Origin: Chara braunii
Lineage: Eukaryota; Plantae; Charophyceae
Length of the DNA: 64,000 nt
Direction: 5' to 3'
Assembly: GCA_003427395.1 (NCBI GenBank)
Contig: BFEA01000024.1
Location: forward strand, 4,723,377-4,787,376
The stretch's first letter is position 1; each line of letters starts with the position of its first letter. The position numbers and the translations under genes were made by a program. Under the pieces are notes generated by a model. That model made no database searches and had not been told where the DNA came from. It was given only the letters and a program-made list of their open reading frames with translations. Below, piece by piece: positions 23,170-34,984 of the stretch.

Positions 23170-26100
23170 TCACCAGCCACCGCCGTTGCGTGCGATGACC
23201 CCATCTTGCCATTGATGACCGGCGGGACCCCCTTCTTGCCACTGCTGATTAGTGGAGGAACCTCTTGACACCTCGGGTCCTCCTCTACTATCCCCGGGCT
23301 TTCTGTCAGCTGTCAAGCTCATCGGGGAAACCTCACCTACAGAAGAATTCTCTGCAGATGGTTCGTCCCCATATCTACTAAAATCCGGGAGAGCGGATCG
23401 TAGTAAATCGTCAGCATATTCTTCTCGTCGAGCTCGCTCCCTGCATTTCCTCGCCAAGCTCCGATTGTGTAGATAGAACACCTCCACAGCTAGCTCTCTC
23501 GACCTCTGCCTCTCTCGTGTTCTCTGCCCGGCAATCGGCCCACTGCAACTTTTGGCCTCACACCGAGCACTGACACTGATCTCCTCGTCCAGCCGACGTT
23601 CCCCAGGTTGCAGCTTCCATGCATCGTCTAACTCGGCCCTCATCTTTGCAAGACGGTCCCAAGCTGATGTAATATTCGCCTTTTGGGCCGATTCGGCCAA
23701 TAGGTGGGTGAAATTAGGCACAAGCTCTTCGATCTCCATCCCCATAGCTTGCGATTCCGCCTTAGTTCTTTCGGACAGAGGACTGTGTTCCGTAGTCGTC
23801 AGTTCAGGCGTGGTGATCAACCCTGCTTCTTCCTCTTCAACTGCAGCCTCCTTGTCCTTGCCCACGTGGAAGGCCTTATTCTGCTCAACGACATCAGTCC
23901 TTAGTCTTGCTGGCTGGTGTGGTTGCTTCTCGTTGCGACCGGCTCTGTCGTCAATCGAAGCTTGCACTCTGATATCTGAGTCTGGATTCGACACGTCATC
24001 TGCAAGATCACCGTGGACATGTCCCCCGATCTCCGCCAGCTGTACTTGCTTCTCGTTGCGACCGGCTCTGTCGTCAATCGAAGCTTGCACTCTGATATCC
24101 GAGTCTGCATTCGACACGTCATCGACTGCAAGATCACCGTGGACATGTCCCTCGATCTCCGCCAGCTGGGAGGGCGCTCCGCGCTTCGAGTCATTCGGAT
24201 CCCCATTCATGCGGAGCAGATGCGCAGATCCGGGTGCTCCGTCGCTGACAGACACGTGAGCAAAGTTTCCACCATCGCCGCGGGGAGCCCCAGACATCGC
24301 TTGGCATTCACCGCCGATTTTATCAACCGTATTTCGTCCCTGATCTTCACGCAACCAACCCCCGCGGGTCTCTGTTTCTTCCTTGTCAGCCTGCCCCCCC
24401 TGAACAACACCCTGCTCCCAGTGGTTGTTGTCTGTGCCAGTGGCCACGTCTCGGCAGGTGGTGCTTTGCTCTCCAGCCCCATCAATTGCCATTGTTGTTC
24501 TTCCGCTCCTTCTGGATCCGCTTTCGTCGTCACCAACAAATCCACCACCATCACCTCCTAATATCGGTCTGTTCTCTGTCATTTGTCCAGACCGGCCGGC
24601 GGCTACGGGCTCAACCTCGGCTTCGCGACAAGTTCCGACCTCGTCGTCGAGGACGCGGTCGCCATGGTGGCGTTCACCGGTGGCCGCCACGTGGACGGTT
24701 TCCGGAAGCCAGGAATAGTCGGTGGCGTCCCTACTCCTGCCGGCGGCAACAAGCTCCTCGACGACGGAGCTATGCGCTGCAGGTCGGTCTCGATCTCCGC
24801 CAGCCGCTCGTTCCCCCTCGAACTCGACCAGCGTGCCCGACTCCGCCTCCTCCATATATCGATTTCTTGTCCCACTGCTACCCCTCCCTTGGACATCTTC
24901 CGAGGCTTCAGAGAACGAGACGGCTTCTTCTGAAGAGGAAGCGCTAGAGCCTGCCGTGTCCTCCATAGCTGCCGACGCCATCGTCGAGCAGCTCGGCGCA
25001 GCAGCACGTCCCTCAGAGGGGGGAATCGCAACCCCGCCCAATCCATTCTCCTCCTCTGTCATGGTCTCTTTTGCCAAGGCCCCTGGGATCTCCGGCTTTG
25101 GTCCGGCGGCAAAATGACCAACCTCGGCAGCTGCGGAGTTGCCCGCGGAGACGTCCTCCCCTGAACGGACAAATCCCTGCTGCACGCTAGCTATATCCTG
25201 CACAGTGGCGGGTGTCCATTTCGTTCCTGCCAACAGCGAGACGCTGTTGCCCCCGTCCCGCTGCGAGCAGGGATCGCCATCGTCGGCCGCCGTCGACATA
25301 GACGATGATGAGAATACCCTTCGTGATGCTGAACGCTGCCATTGTTTCGACGAGGAATGCCCTGACTCAACGACAACAAGCTCGCGCTCCTGCTCCTCGT
25401 GCTCCTCCTGGTCGTCCTCGCGGTGGTGTTGATGCTGGTGATCCGGCCCTTCGACCTTTTCCAGCTCGTTCGCACCATTTGGATCTGACCGTCGAAAATA
25501 ACCGGCCGATACTGTCATGCCAGGCTCAGTCACACACGGGGACGCCTTTGCATTCATGTGACCGAGCTCATCGTCTTGTTCGTCGTCTCCTCCCGCTCCT
25601 TCTCCTCCTCCTCTTCCTCCTTCTCGCCTTCCGATAAAACCATAATCTTCCCCATCATCACGCTCCACGTAGCCATACAGCTCGCCATATCTCGACGTAA
25701 GATCGATTTCTCCACTCGGTATCACGGCCGCGGCAGCTATGGCCAGCCCGGCCGACGTAGCCGTCAGCCGACCGGCCTCTTCTCGCATTGTCCTAATGGA
25801 AGAATCGGAATAATCACATGCACTCAGCGGGCTTCCTCCACCCGCTGCTTCTGCTGCATTTCGATGCTGCAGCAGAGCTGGACTTCCGCGGACAGCGCAG
25901 TCTGCCGTGTCGTCTCGAAAGCTCGTCTCTTTGTGTCCTTTACCCGGCGCGTACGCAGCGGATGTTGCTGTGGTGGTCCCCTCCCGTCCTAGTAGACAAG
26001 TGGCTGCTAGTTCTTCTCTACATATCACATCGCTGAGGCGATTGCTTTGCCGCCGAGAATGTGGATAGCGGGGAGAGTAGGATCGCAGGAGGGCATCAGG

Positions 26101-29100
26101 AGAAATTGAGGGCGTATCCTCCTCTTCTTCATCCTCCTCCTCCTCCTCCTCTCGATGGCGAATCTCACAAGAACTAGCAGCACTAATAGCCATCTCGCCA
26201 GCTACCCACCGTCCGCTTTCTGGCGAACAGCTGATCCCCCGTCCATCGTCCTGCAGGTTGGAGGATCGAAGCGCCGCCTCTTCTTCTAAAGAGTAGGGCG
26301 GCGAAAAGCAATAGCTGTAGGACGACCTCAAGTCGATAGCCTGGTCGCCGGACTCCAGCGAAGGCAATGCGTGCTCCTGCTCCTCATTGATTCGATGACA
26401 GTAACAGCTGGGAGAAGGGGCGAAGGGAGAGCGTGTGGAGGTGGCGTTACTTTGCGAGTAACCGTTATGAGAGTTTTGCAGCCGAACACTAGCAGATTTC
26501 ATTTGCCGTTTTGACGAGTCAGAAGCAGTAGCGGTAGCGTTGCCGGCTGTACGATCCGTTTCTGGATCGCCGACGGCTCGATCCTCCACATCAGTGGTGG
26601 GTGCATCATCATCTCTCTGGGCGCCAGAACGAGGAGGAGGAGGAGCAGGCGAGCGGGAATGGGAATTCGAGGACTCCACCGGGCGAGCGTGAGAGCTTGC
26701 CAGGCCCGCGGCGTTCCTGTGCATACGGGCCCGACCCCGATCGTGGTGCCTGTCATCCCATGATGTCGCACTGCTTTCCCTAAGCCCCCCCTCCGCCCCT
26801 CTTTGTGAATGATGAATACAATGACCAGCGCCTCCTGCTCCAGCTCCTCGCGAAGAGAAAGCAGTGGAGCCGAATGAGATGGAGTTGGCGGAGGAGGTGG
26901 AGGTGGTTTTGGGACCACCAGCGGTTCCGCGAGCCTTCGCCACAGCTAGCCTGCCGTTAATCGGAATATCTTCGGCCGGCATACGTTTGTGAATCTCGCA
27001 CAGTCGGAACTGACGCGGGGCGGCAAGCTCCATGTGCGGCGGAGCACCGACCATCCTGCCGGTCATTGTTCTCACTCCGTATCCCGCGCTAGGGCTCACG
27101 AGAACGTGCAGTGGACTGCTCAGGCGCGCGCTTGCGCTCACCCCCATCCCCACATCGACCCCCCCGGTTCCGCCACTTGCTTGCCGGTGTTGCGCACCGT
27201 TGACGAATGCGCTAGTTACCGACGCCGACGACGACAAGCTGGCACTGGCGGCGGCTAAGTACGAAGAGGAGGCTGGCTGCACCACGACATTCTGCTTCCC
27301 CCGCGCTGTCCTCCCTGCAGCAGAAGAGCCTCTCGAGTCTAAACCACGAGTCCTGGAGGAGTCGACACTTACGCTCCTAGGCCGGGAGGGCACTGCTGCA
27401 CTCCTCGCTCTCGTACTAAGGTCGCCGGGCGTCCCCGCTCCTCTCGGGGTTCTCCCCGTGCTTTGGGCTCTGATGCCGCCACTCCTCCCGCCGCCTGGCT
27501 GACGGGACGCGAAGGAACCATTCGTAGTTGAATTGCTCGCATCGCCTGCCCCTTCTCTCCCTTGCCCCCGACCGGCGCTCTCCGACCTCGTCCTCGAAAC
27601 CGGCCTACCACCCACACTAACACTCCGCCTGTTAGCCGTGGCAGAAGCCGCACTATCCGTATTCGCCGGAGCAGCGGCGCTGCCGCGGCTCCTACCGTTG
27701 ATTTGCCAACCGCGTCCTCTCCCACCTCCATTTCCCCCATCCCCCGGAACATCACCTCCCCCTCTACCTCTCCCCCTCCCACCACCGCCAACCGTCCCGG
27801 CAACACTGCTCCCCAAGCTTGTCGGCGATGCTGCTCCTGCATCCCCCTCAGGCCGTCGAACGACTCTCGCCGAACCCACGCTGACACTGCGTGTCGGTTC
27901 GTTCCTCCTCACCGCATTTCTTAACCCCACGGGACTCGGGCTCAATGCTCGCACACACCCTCTTCCTCCTGCACATGCAGCCCTTCCGGAAACCAGCACC
28001 GAGGCCGCATTTCGTCCGATGACCAGCGGTTCCGTCTCCCCCCTTTTCACCGCGCGTCCTCGGCTTCCGGACGAGCCAGCATTCCCTACCGAACCACTCC
28101 CTGACCTCCTCGGAGTCGCTCGGTCGGCATCGCTTCCCCTTCTCTGCTCCACGTGCGCTTTCTCCCGTCGTAGAGGGCTAACAAGAGCATCTTCCGCAGG
28201 AGCAACAGCGGCCGGGCCAGTTGACATCCGGCGATTCTGCGGAGTGCCCCGTCCTTTTCGTACGGTCGAGTCTCCTCCCGGAGCGCTACCTCCTTGTTCT
28301 GCTCTTGCTCCTCTCTCTCCTTTCGAAACCGGCTGCCTAAATACAGTGTCCCCTGGCTTTCTTGCAAAGGACCCGCTCTCTGCTCGGATATCGCCGTGCC
28401 GCTTCTGAATGTCCATCAGCTTCTCGTCAAGAGCAGACAGCTCGTCGACCAATTCCTTCTCCATACCAAGCACGATATCGGCTTCCAGGTCGGCAACCAC
28501 ATCTGCACGGGGGAGCCGGGTCAACGAAGGACGGGGAGGGGGTTCACCCGCCGCACTCTCCCCTGCCCATGATTGGGCTTCCTGCTCTGCATTTGCCATA
28601 ACCGTTTCCTCTGGAACCACGGTCGCGGTTGCCCATTTGGAGCCAATCACCCCTCCTCCCCCTCCCAACCCGGCGGCTACTCCACCGGTCTTGGGTCCGA
28701 CGGCGCCAGGCTGAGCTCGTTGTCCTCCATTTTCGTCATTGCCGCCAATCGAGACTAGCAGGCGAGCTTTTGCTGGGCTCGAACGCTTATCGTTGGAGTC
28801 CCGAGCTGGCTTACTTTTGCTGCTAATCCTCTTGTTCCCCGCATCCTTCCGGCCTCCCCCATCCTTTCCCTCTCTCCCTTTCGCCACCCCACGCCCTGAG
28901 CTTTTCCTCACCTCCACGGACATCGTTCCGCCCTTATTATTTTCCGTCAAGGAACCCTTCCGCATGGCCTTGCTTCCAGCGCTAGCCTGACTAACATGAT
29001 GATGGCTAACGGAGCTGCCGACACTCGTACGGTCACGATCATCTCCTCCTCCTCCTCCTCCTTCTCCTCCTCCTCCTCCATGTTTCCCGTCAGTCGAGGC

Positions 29101-30255
29101 CACAACGCGTCGCAAGGAATGGCGTCCGATACCTTCCCTGGTCCTCAGTGCTCGCCCTCCCGCCACGTCCACCCAGAGCCCCTTTTCGTCCATGTAACTG
29201 GCGGTGCAGGAGATACCAACAGACTCGCTACTGTTCGAGCTAACAATGCCCATGCTTCCCGCACCCATGGAAGGCGTGCTCTCCCCTCCATAGAACAAGT
29301 AGGGATCATAGCTGCTTGAGCTCGAAGTCTCGCCATCCTCAAGATGCTTGGGCACCCCCACTCTCCTCACTGCCGACGAGAACACCCCGCTTCCTGCCGA
29401 AAACTCCCCGTCCGTACTTGCGACCTCTTCGTCGTCCTCCTCTTCCTCTTCTTCATCCTCCTCCTCATCACCGTCGTCCTCTTCATCTCCGTCTCCATCC
29501 CCATCTTCGTTGTCCACAAAGGACCCGCTCAAGTCCATCCTCCAGCTCAATGTCCTGTCCCGCTCGAAAACGGCATTGCTCCACACAATTTCCTCCCCCG
29601 ACGTCGAGACGGACGAAGCACCACCAGTCTGGGCGAGATAGGACCTCCGCCGCTCTCTCCTCCTCCGCGCCTCCTCTTCGGTCTCCAGGCCATCCTCCAG
29701 AAACTCGTCGTCGTCATCCTCATCATCTCCAACCCCAGTAGGCCCATTCCCCCGGGGCCTGAAGAACCTCCTACCTCCTCGTGATTTACCACCTTGTGGT
29801 CGTGCATCTCTTCCCTTCCCCTTAGCGAAAGACATCAAGTCGACAAGATGGGATTTCGAACGAGCGAAGATATGGTGCTGTGACTGATTACGAGGAGGAA
29901 AGCTAGAACGACTTTCGTTACGGCTATTGCTTGGCTTCAGAATCTTCTTATTATGGCTATTGCTATGGTTACTGTTACTACTTACAGCTCCCTGGACAGC
30001 CGCAGAATGCTCGGTCCCGTTCTCATCCCCAGTGAACCATCCGACCTTTGCTCCGTCCTGAAGACCAGACTGCAGACTGCCATCGCTCCGGCTATGTCCC
30101 CTTCCGATTCCTCCACCACCACGTGAAACGCCCAGTCCACCTAGCATGCCCCCACCACCTTCATCGCCTCCACCTCCTCCTTTCTGGGACACGTTCTCCT
30201 GCATACCAATGGGAGATGCATGTTCCACATCCCCAGTGTAGTAGACTCCCCCCAT
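23170..30255 (-). CDS. Large, mostly low-complexity/disordered hypothetical protein (2361-codon uninterrupted exon)
   Basis: 7-kb ORF without stops, G/S/R/E rich, with short helical islands (DLEADIVLGMEKELVDELSALDEKLMDIQKRH; AWDRLAKMRAELDDAW). No family recognised. Confidence 0.8.
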   Translation of the reverse strand: MGGVYYTGDVEHASPIGMQENVSQKGGGGGDEGGGGMLGGLGVSRGGGGIGRGHSRSDGSLQSGLQDGAKVGWFTGDENGTEHSAAVQGAVSSNSNHSNSHNKKILKPSNSRNESRSSFPPRNQSQHHIFARSKSHLVDLMSFAKGKGRDARPQGGKSRGGRRFFRPRGNGPTGVGDDEDDDDEFLEDGLETEEEARRRRERRRSYLAQTGGASSVSTSGEEIVWSNAVFERDRTLSWRMDLSGSFVDNEDGDGDGDEEDDGDEEEDEEEEEEDDEEVASTDGEFSAGSGVFSSAVRRVGVPKHLEDGETSSSSSYDPYLFYGGESTPSMGAGSMGIVSSNSSESVGISCTASYMDEKGLWVDVAGGRALRTREGIGRHSLRRVVASTDGKHGGGGGEGGGGGGDDRDRTSVGSSVSHHHVSQASAGSKAMRKGSLTENNKGGTMSVEVRKSSGRGVAKGREGKDGGGRKDAGNKRISSKSKPARDSNDKRSSPAKARLLVSIGGNDENGGQRAQPGAVGPKTGGVAAGLGGGGGVIGSKWATATVVPEETVMANAEQEAQSWAGESAAGEPPPRPSLTRLPRADVVADLEADIVLGMEKELVDELSALDEKLMDIQKRHGDIRAESGSFARKPGDTVFRQPVSKGERGARAEQGGSAPGGDSTVRKGRGTPQNRRMSTGPAAVAPAEDALVSPLRREKAHVEQRRGSDADRATPRRSGSGSVGNAGSSGSRGRAVKRGETEPLVIGRNAASVLVSGRAACAGGRGCVRALSPSPVGLRNAVRRNEPTRSVSVGSARVVRRPEGDAGAASPTSLGSSVAGTVGGGGRGRGRGGGDVPGDGGNGGGRGRGWQINGRSRGSAAAPANTDSAASATANRRSVSVGGRPVSRTRSESAGRGQGREGAGDASNSTTNGSFASRQPGGGRSGGIRAQSTGRTPRGAGTPGDLSTRARSAAVPSRPRSVSVDSSRTRGLDSRGSSAAGRTARGKQNVVVQPASSSYLAAASASLSSSASVTSAFVNGAQHRQASGGTGGVDVGMGVSASARLSSPLHVLVSPSAGYGVRTMTGRMVGAPPHMELAAPRQFRLCEIHKRMPAEDIPINGRLAVAKARGTAGGPKTTSTSSANSISFGSTAFSSRGAGAGGAGHCIHHSQRGAEGGLRESSATSWDDRHHDRGRARMHRNAAGLASSHARPVESSNSHSRSPAPPPPRSGAQRDDDAPTTDVEDRAVGDPETDRTAGNATATASDSSKRQMKSASVRLQNSHNGYSQSNATSTRSPFAPSPSCYCHRINEEQEHALPSLESGDQAIDLRSSYSYCFSPPYSLEEEAALRSSNLQDDGRGISCSPESGRWVAGEMAISAASSCEIRHREEEEEEDEEEEDTPSISPDALLRSYSPRYPHSRRQSNRLSDVICREELAATCLLGREGTTTATSAAYAPGKGHKETSFRDDTADCAVRGSPALLQHRNAAEAAGGGSPLSACDYSDSSIRTMREEAGRLTATSAGLAIAAAAVIPSGEIDLTSRYGELYGYVERDDGEDYGFIGRREGGRGGGEGAGGDDEQDDELGHMNAKASPCVTEPGMTVSAGYFRRSDPNGANELEKVEGPDHQHQHHREDDQEEHEEQERELVVVESGHSSSKQWQRSASRRVFSSSSMSTAADDGDPCSQRDGGNSVSLLAGTKWTPATVQDIASVQQGFVRSGEDVSAGNSAAAEVGHFAAGPKPEIPGALAKETMTEEENGLGGVAIPPSEGRAAAPSCSTMASAAMEDTAGSSASSSEEAVSFSEASEDVQGRGSSGTRNRYMEEAESGTLVEFEGERAAGGDRDRPAAHSSVVEELVAAGRSRDATDYSWLPETVHVAATGERHHGDRVLDDEVGTCREAEVEPVAAGRSGQMTENRPILGGDGGGFVGDDESGSRRSGRTTMAIDGAGEQSTTCRDVATGTDNNHWEQGVVQGGQADKEETETRGGWLREDQGRNTVDKIGGECQAMSGAPRGDGGNFAHVSVSDGAPGSAHLLRMNGDPNDSKRGAPSQLAEIEGHVHGDLAVDDVSNADSDIRVQASIDDRAGRNEKQVQLAEIGGHVHGDLADDVSNPDSDIRVQASIDDRAGRNEKQPHQPARLRTDVVEQNKAFHVGKDKEAAVEEEEAGLITTPELTTTEHSPLSERTKAESQAMGMEIEELVPNFTHLLAESAQKANITSAWDRLAKMRAELDDAWKLQPGERRLDEEISVSARCEAKSCSGPIAGQRTRERQRSRELAVEVFYLHNRSLARKCRERARREEYADDLLRSALPDFSRYGDEPSAENSSVGEVSPMSLTADRKPGDSRGGPEVSRGSSTNQQWQEGGPAGHQWQDGVIARNGGGW
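23925..24170 (-). repeat. In-frame ~41-aa tandem duplication within the large ORF
   Basis: QLAEIxGHVHGDLA(V)DDVSNxDSDIRVQASIDDRAGRNEKQ occurs twice. Confidence 0.95.
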
Positions 30256-30287
30256 TTATCTAAGTACATATCAAAACCTCCATGCAG

Positions 30288-30288
<1 letters not shown>

Positions 30289-30372
<84 letters not shown>
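30289..30372. repeat. (CT)n microsatellite just upstream of the large ORF
   Basis: Direct read. Confidence 0.97.
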
Positions 30373-30374
<2 letters not shown>

Positions 30375-32502
30375 TTTTTCTACATTGATGCGATCAACAG
30401 TCTTCCTATCTCTCCATCTACTCTGCTTGCACACTCACACGAGAACATCGGCGGCCAGGTTGGCCATCCCTGGTCAGCCGCGCGCTAGGAACAGCGCTAG
30501 CAGGCAGGCTCTGGTCTAGTCTTCTCTCCCTAGATGTCCCCGCAGAGCGAACGGACAGCCAGTACGGTACTTACTGCAAAAAAACTATTATTTACTTATA
30601 TGAAGCCTCGTCAAAGAATGTAACATAACAGCTGCTGTAATACAGTACAATGCTTATTACAAAAAACAGATTACATCAGACTATCGAGGTTCAATGACCC
30701 GACAAAATAGTCTGCTCGACCGAGGTTTGTGCAAAGAGGTTAGTTTTCGTGATAAAAAACTAGGTCTTTGCCTTCCCACTCTACGAACTAAAAGTTTTTG
30801 TGATAAAAAACTAGGTCTTTGCCTTCCCCGGCCACGAACAAAAGTACTATCAATGGACACAGGTGGGCGGCTGATGGGAAAAGAGGTGTCGAGCTCATTC
30901 GTTTGCCGCCCAAGTATCCATCGATGGCTGAAAAGGGCTTCAGGTGCATGGAGTCGATATGAAGATGGATGTTCAACAGCAGTGGCCAATAACTCAAGCG
31001 CAGCGTTCGGAAGGATTTCGATGCTGCTGCTGAAGGGAGAACAGGGCAGTACGCACGGGCTGAGGGACGATTCCGTGCACCCGTGTCCTCGAGGCGACAT
31101 CGCGGGAAATACACCGTGTCCGTCACTGCAACGGACCGTAACAATAGCCAAGTGTGAAAAAGGGGAAAGAGGAGGAGGAGGAGGAGGCGAGACTGTGAAT
31201 TCCAGCCGACGAGTCCGCCGCACACAAAGCCCCCGACTACGTAGAACGCGGCGAGAGAGAGAGAGAGAGAGAGAGAGAGGTCAAGGCAATGCAGGCATTT
31301 CCAGTCTCCTCCGTACACGCACGTCTCGCCTCCTTCTCGAGGCAGAAACGACGCCCGGCCGCAGCTGCGCACCCGGCCGGCTGGCAAGGTCTTTCCCCTC
31401 TCCGCCTTTTTCAACTCCCCCTCCTCCTTCACCTTCTGTTGACGCTGCTGGTACGTCTCGCCATCTTCCGACTACCTTCTCCTCCTCCTCCTCCTCCTCC
31501 TCCTCCTCCTCCTCCTCCTCCTCTACCTACCTTCGTTCCCTCCTGTTCCTAGCCCGTCCGTCTCGTCTTCCTGTTTCTCCAAATGAGGCAAAGATTCTGT
31601 AGCTCTCCAGATGTCGAGGATCCTGCGAAAAAGAGTCCACGTTTGCGTGGATTCTGGTCTCACTATCAAAGCAGCAACCAGATTTCGGCCGTCGATTCTT
31701 GGGATCGACTGCCACTGGCGCTATCGATTGACTGCCCTAGAAGCGGGGTATGCAGGGCGTCAGGGCTTCATACAAACCGCGCCCTACGGCGTGTACCCAT
31801 CTACTTCTAATTCCGCGACCTCACGGTATGGGCTGTACAAGACAACGATCCGGACTATGTAGGTAGACCCGCCCACCCACAGTCCCGACCTCCCTCCCCC
31901 CGCCTCCATCCCGTCCCTCCCCCAGCTCTCCCACATCTTCCCACGCGCAGTCATCGCATCGAACCTCTGCTGTGGTCCCCACATCTTGCTGCGTCGACAT
32001 CCATCCATCCGCTCTGTTTGCCTCGAGACGGCTCCCACTTCTCCCCTCCATCTCCGCTCTCGCTTGCCCGTTGGTTGCCCGCGCATAAGAAGTCCGTTGG
32101 CAGTTGCGCACAGCAGGACCGCTCTATGATACCTGAGCCACAACAATAAAAGCCAATTCCAAAACCGTCAATACAAACTAAAACGAAAAAACACAATCAA
32201 AATCCAAATCGAAACCATGCAGAAGGGATCTGGGTGGCGCTAGGGCACAAAGGTGCGTACGGCCAGGGACCGACGGGACCAGGAGACACCGGTGGGCAAA
32301 CAGTCAAATAGGGCACCGACCGTTGTGGCACGTTTCTCTCACGTCATTCTTCATAAGATCCTGTTTGAACACAAACAAACAAACAAACAAACAAACAAAC
32401 AAACAGACAGACAAACAAACAAACAAACAAACAAGCATAGATCGTTCTGTCCAGCATCTCAGATTTCTCCTTTTTTTTAAATAACATCTCAGATTTTTTT
32501 AT

Positions 32503-33549
32503 GGGCATATACCACGAGGACTTTTTTTCCAGTTTTCTGTGGACGTAATTGTTGTCTGGTGCACCCAGGTACGGCCCTAAAACCAGTCAGATACATCCAG
32601 GAAAGTCGCTCTAACTTGATAAGCAATCTTCAAAACTCTTAGAGCGTACTGGAGAGGCCCAAAAGACCCTAAATCCCAAATTTTGAGTCAGTTTTCGGGT
32701 CACACTGGAGAGGCCCGCTACCCGAATTCCTCAAACGGTGACCCTTTTGGGCCTCACCACACCACTCTTGAAACGGGGAAATTTTTCAAGAGCTGTCAGA
32801 CGTTCCCAAGAGTTTGGTTTTCAAGAGTTTCGGGCCCCTCGCCACACAGCACTCTCGAAAGCGCGATGGTGTTGGACAAACGATGAAAAACGACAGTCAT
32901 ACAGCTTTGTTTTTTCCAAATGGCGTCAGGATAACGGCCTGACACCTCTCGAAAGTCAAGGACCCTTCGCGTGCCCTTGGGAGGACGCTTGAAAAGAGTG
33001 GTGCTGCAGGCTGGGCGTTTCGGAGTTTCGAGTGCTACTCTTTAAATGAGGTTATGACAACTCTCGAAAGAGTTTTCAGGCTACAACTCTCAAGTGGCTG
33101 TGTGGCGACGCGTCCAACTCTTGAAAACGCGGTTTCAAGAGTGGTGTGGCAAGGCCCTTTGTCAGCAGTCTGCCGGGCCGCGGGAGGACCCTTTTTTAGA
33201 CCACCTCTAGAGGTGGGTTCAAATTACCTTTCGTTTTTTCTTTGAAGAAAATCGTAGACGAAGAAGTCATCCCGCCAAACAACTGGAAGTGCGACCAGAA
33301 ACATTTACGTTGTACAGAAGGCCCGTGTGTTATATTGGCGTGAGAAAAAAAAAAAAAAATCCATTTTTTTGTTTGATCCTCGCCCGTGTGACCGGGCGCA
33401 CTTGCCCTGTGTGCAAAGTGTTAGGAGCGCGACTTTGTCCTTTCTAAACGAAGTCCGCCCATGTGATCACACAGGGACCAAATGCCTAAAAAAAAACGAA
33501 CCAAATACCTCAATTTTTTTTAACTTTTGGTCCTTGTGTGAGTATGCCC
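32503..33549. mobile_element. Degenerate MITE or nested MITEs (PIF/Harbinger-like ends)
   Basis: Left end GGGCATATACCACGAGGAC versus reverse complement of right end GGGCATACTCACACAAGGAC, with TTA-like flanks. Internal dispersed ACTCT(C/T)GAAA / TTTCAAGAGT inverted motifs at 32630-33145. The same GTGTGAGTATGCCCT end recurs at ~58614. Confidence 0.5.
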
Positions 33550-34720
33550 TTAGGGCATAGTTGCACTACTCTCCATTACCCTGAGTTTGATTAGTAGGCA
33601 CCTGGTTGCACATCTTATGAACTTTACCCTCTTCTTTTCTCAATTTTTCACGGATGTCAATGGTTCATAATGCATACCTTTGATCAAACTTGATCCTCTC
33701 CTACAAGTAATGTCAATCTCCTTCTCCAGTCCACTGTGGTACCTCACACATGAAGAAATGAAACTTAGTTAGCAACTGGGATTTTCAAAAGAATAATGTC
33801 TCAACCAGAATAGTCGAATCAGTCTGAAAATTCATAGATTGTCAACAGTTCTCAAGACCTAATCAAAGCTCAAAGTTGTTTGCTGACTCAGGCTCGTTCA
33901 GGAAATGAAAAATTTTCATGTCCCCGACAACGGTGTCATTTTTGTCGCACTTTTTCTAGTCGTGTCTCTTCAGGCGACTAGAAAGCTAACAGATTGTCAC
34001 GCATGGTTTTGAATGCTGTTTGCAATAAATAAACTAAATTAATCAAAGCAAATTTCTTCCTGTTGTGTGCGTCCGGCTTCGAGCGAGACCCTTCATTTGC
34101 GGTCTTCGCCGGTCCCCGGTCTTATAAATCTTTAATTTTGATTTGAAACAACAGAGAATCATGTAATAAATAATCGTAAGTTTTAATATGTCTTGCATGC
34201 ATCAATTCTGCCGATTTTATAGTTTTGAGAACTGTGATAGGATGAACAGAAAACATGATCATCAAACGAAGTCAATGCAAAGAATTAAGACCGATTGACT
34301 CAAAGCAAAGACAAAGATGAATAATCATGTGAGAGAAGAGTAGAGCTCTTTATCGCATCAAGGCCACAAACGAAGAAACAAATCATAGAACCATTGTCAC
34401 TATAGTCAGCTCTCTCTCTCCTCTCTGAAGATCATATCATACTTTGATATCAGACTATGGTTAATATGATGTCAAGTGGTCCTTGAGCGGTTCCGCCTGA
34501 TGCTGACCTGTATTCAAGAGGAGGTCTGTTGCGGCTTGCATCTCATGACTTTGCTCAAAACCTGAGTCTGCTTCTCAACAAATCCGCCAATGCTCAAGAA
34601 AGTCTTGCTTTGAGTCTGCAATACTCACATACTTGCTAATTTTAAACTGTTCACTTACTATCTGATCAGTCTTATTGAACACTCATGTCACCAAAAGCAC
34701 TTGGCGTGATATAAATTGTT

Positions 34721-34960
34721 ACTGCTGTCACCAGGAGAGTCCGATATGACCAGCACTTTGTTGCTGTTACCAGGATTGTCTGCTGTGACTAGCACCCTGG
34801 CTGCTACTATCGGGACCTCTCGTTGTGGCCAGCACTATCGCTGCTGTTACCGGAACCATCCGTTGTGACCAACGTCGTCGCTACTACCATTTGGACCGCC
34901 AGCCATGGCCAGCTCTGCTGCTGCTCTCAGCGGGACTGCCCGCTGTGACCAACGTTATGT
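34721..34960. repeat. Six diverged copies of a 40-bp tandem repeat
   Basis: Period of 40 nt: CTGCT...GGA....C..TGTG(A/G)CCA(G/A)C.... Confidence 0.85.
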
Positions 34961-34984
34961 CCCCTTAGAATGAGACCTACTGAG

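Noticed and set aside
23252-30263. Many plus-strand and alternative-frame ORFs over the large gene
   Set aside because: Shadow ORFs expected from GC-rich coding sequence on the other strand.
30694-31602. 302-aa plus-strand ORF
   Set aside because: Runs through microsatellites and a short duplication, has no recognisable domain, and is probably the 5' region of the minus-strand gene.
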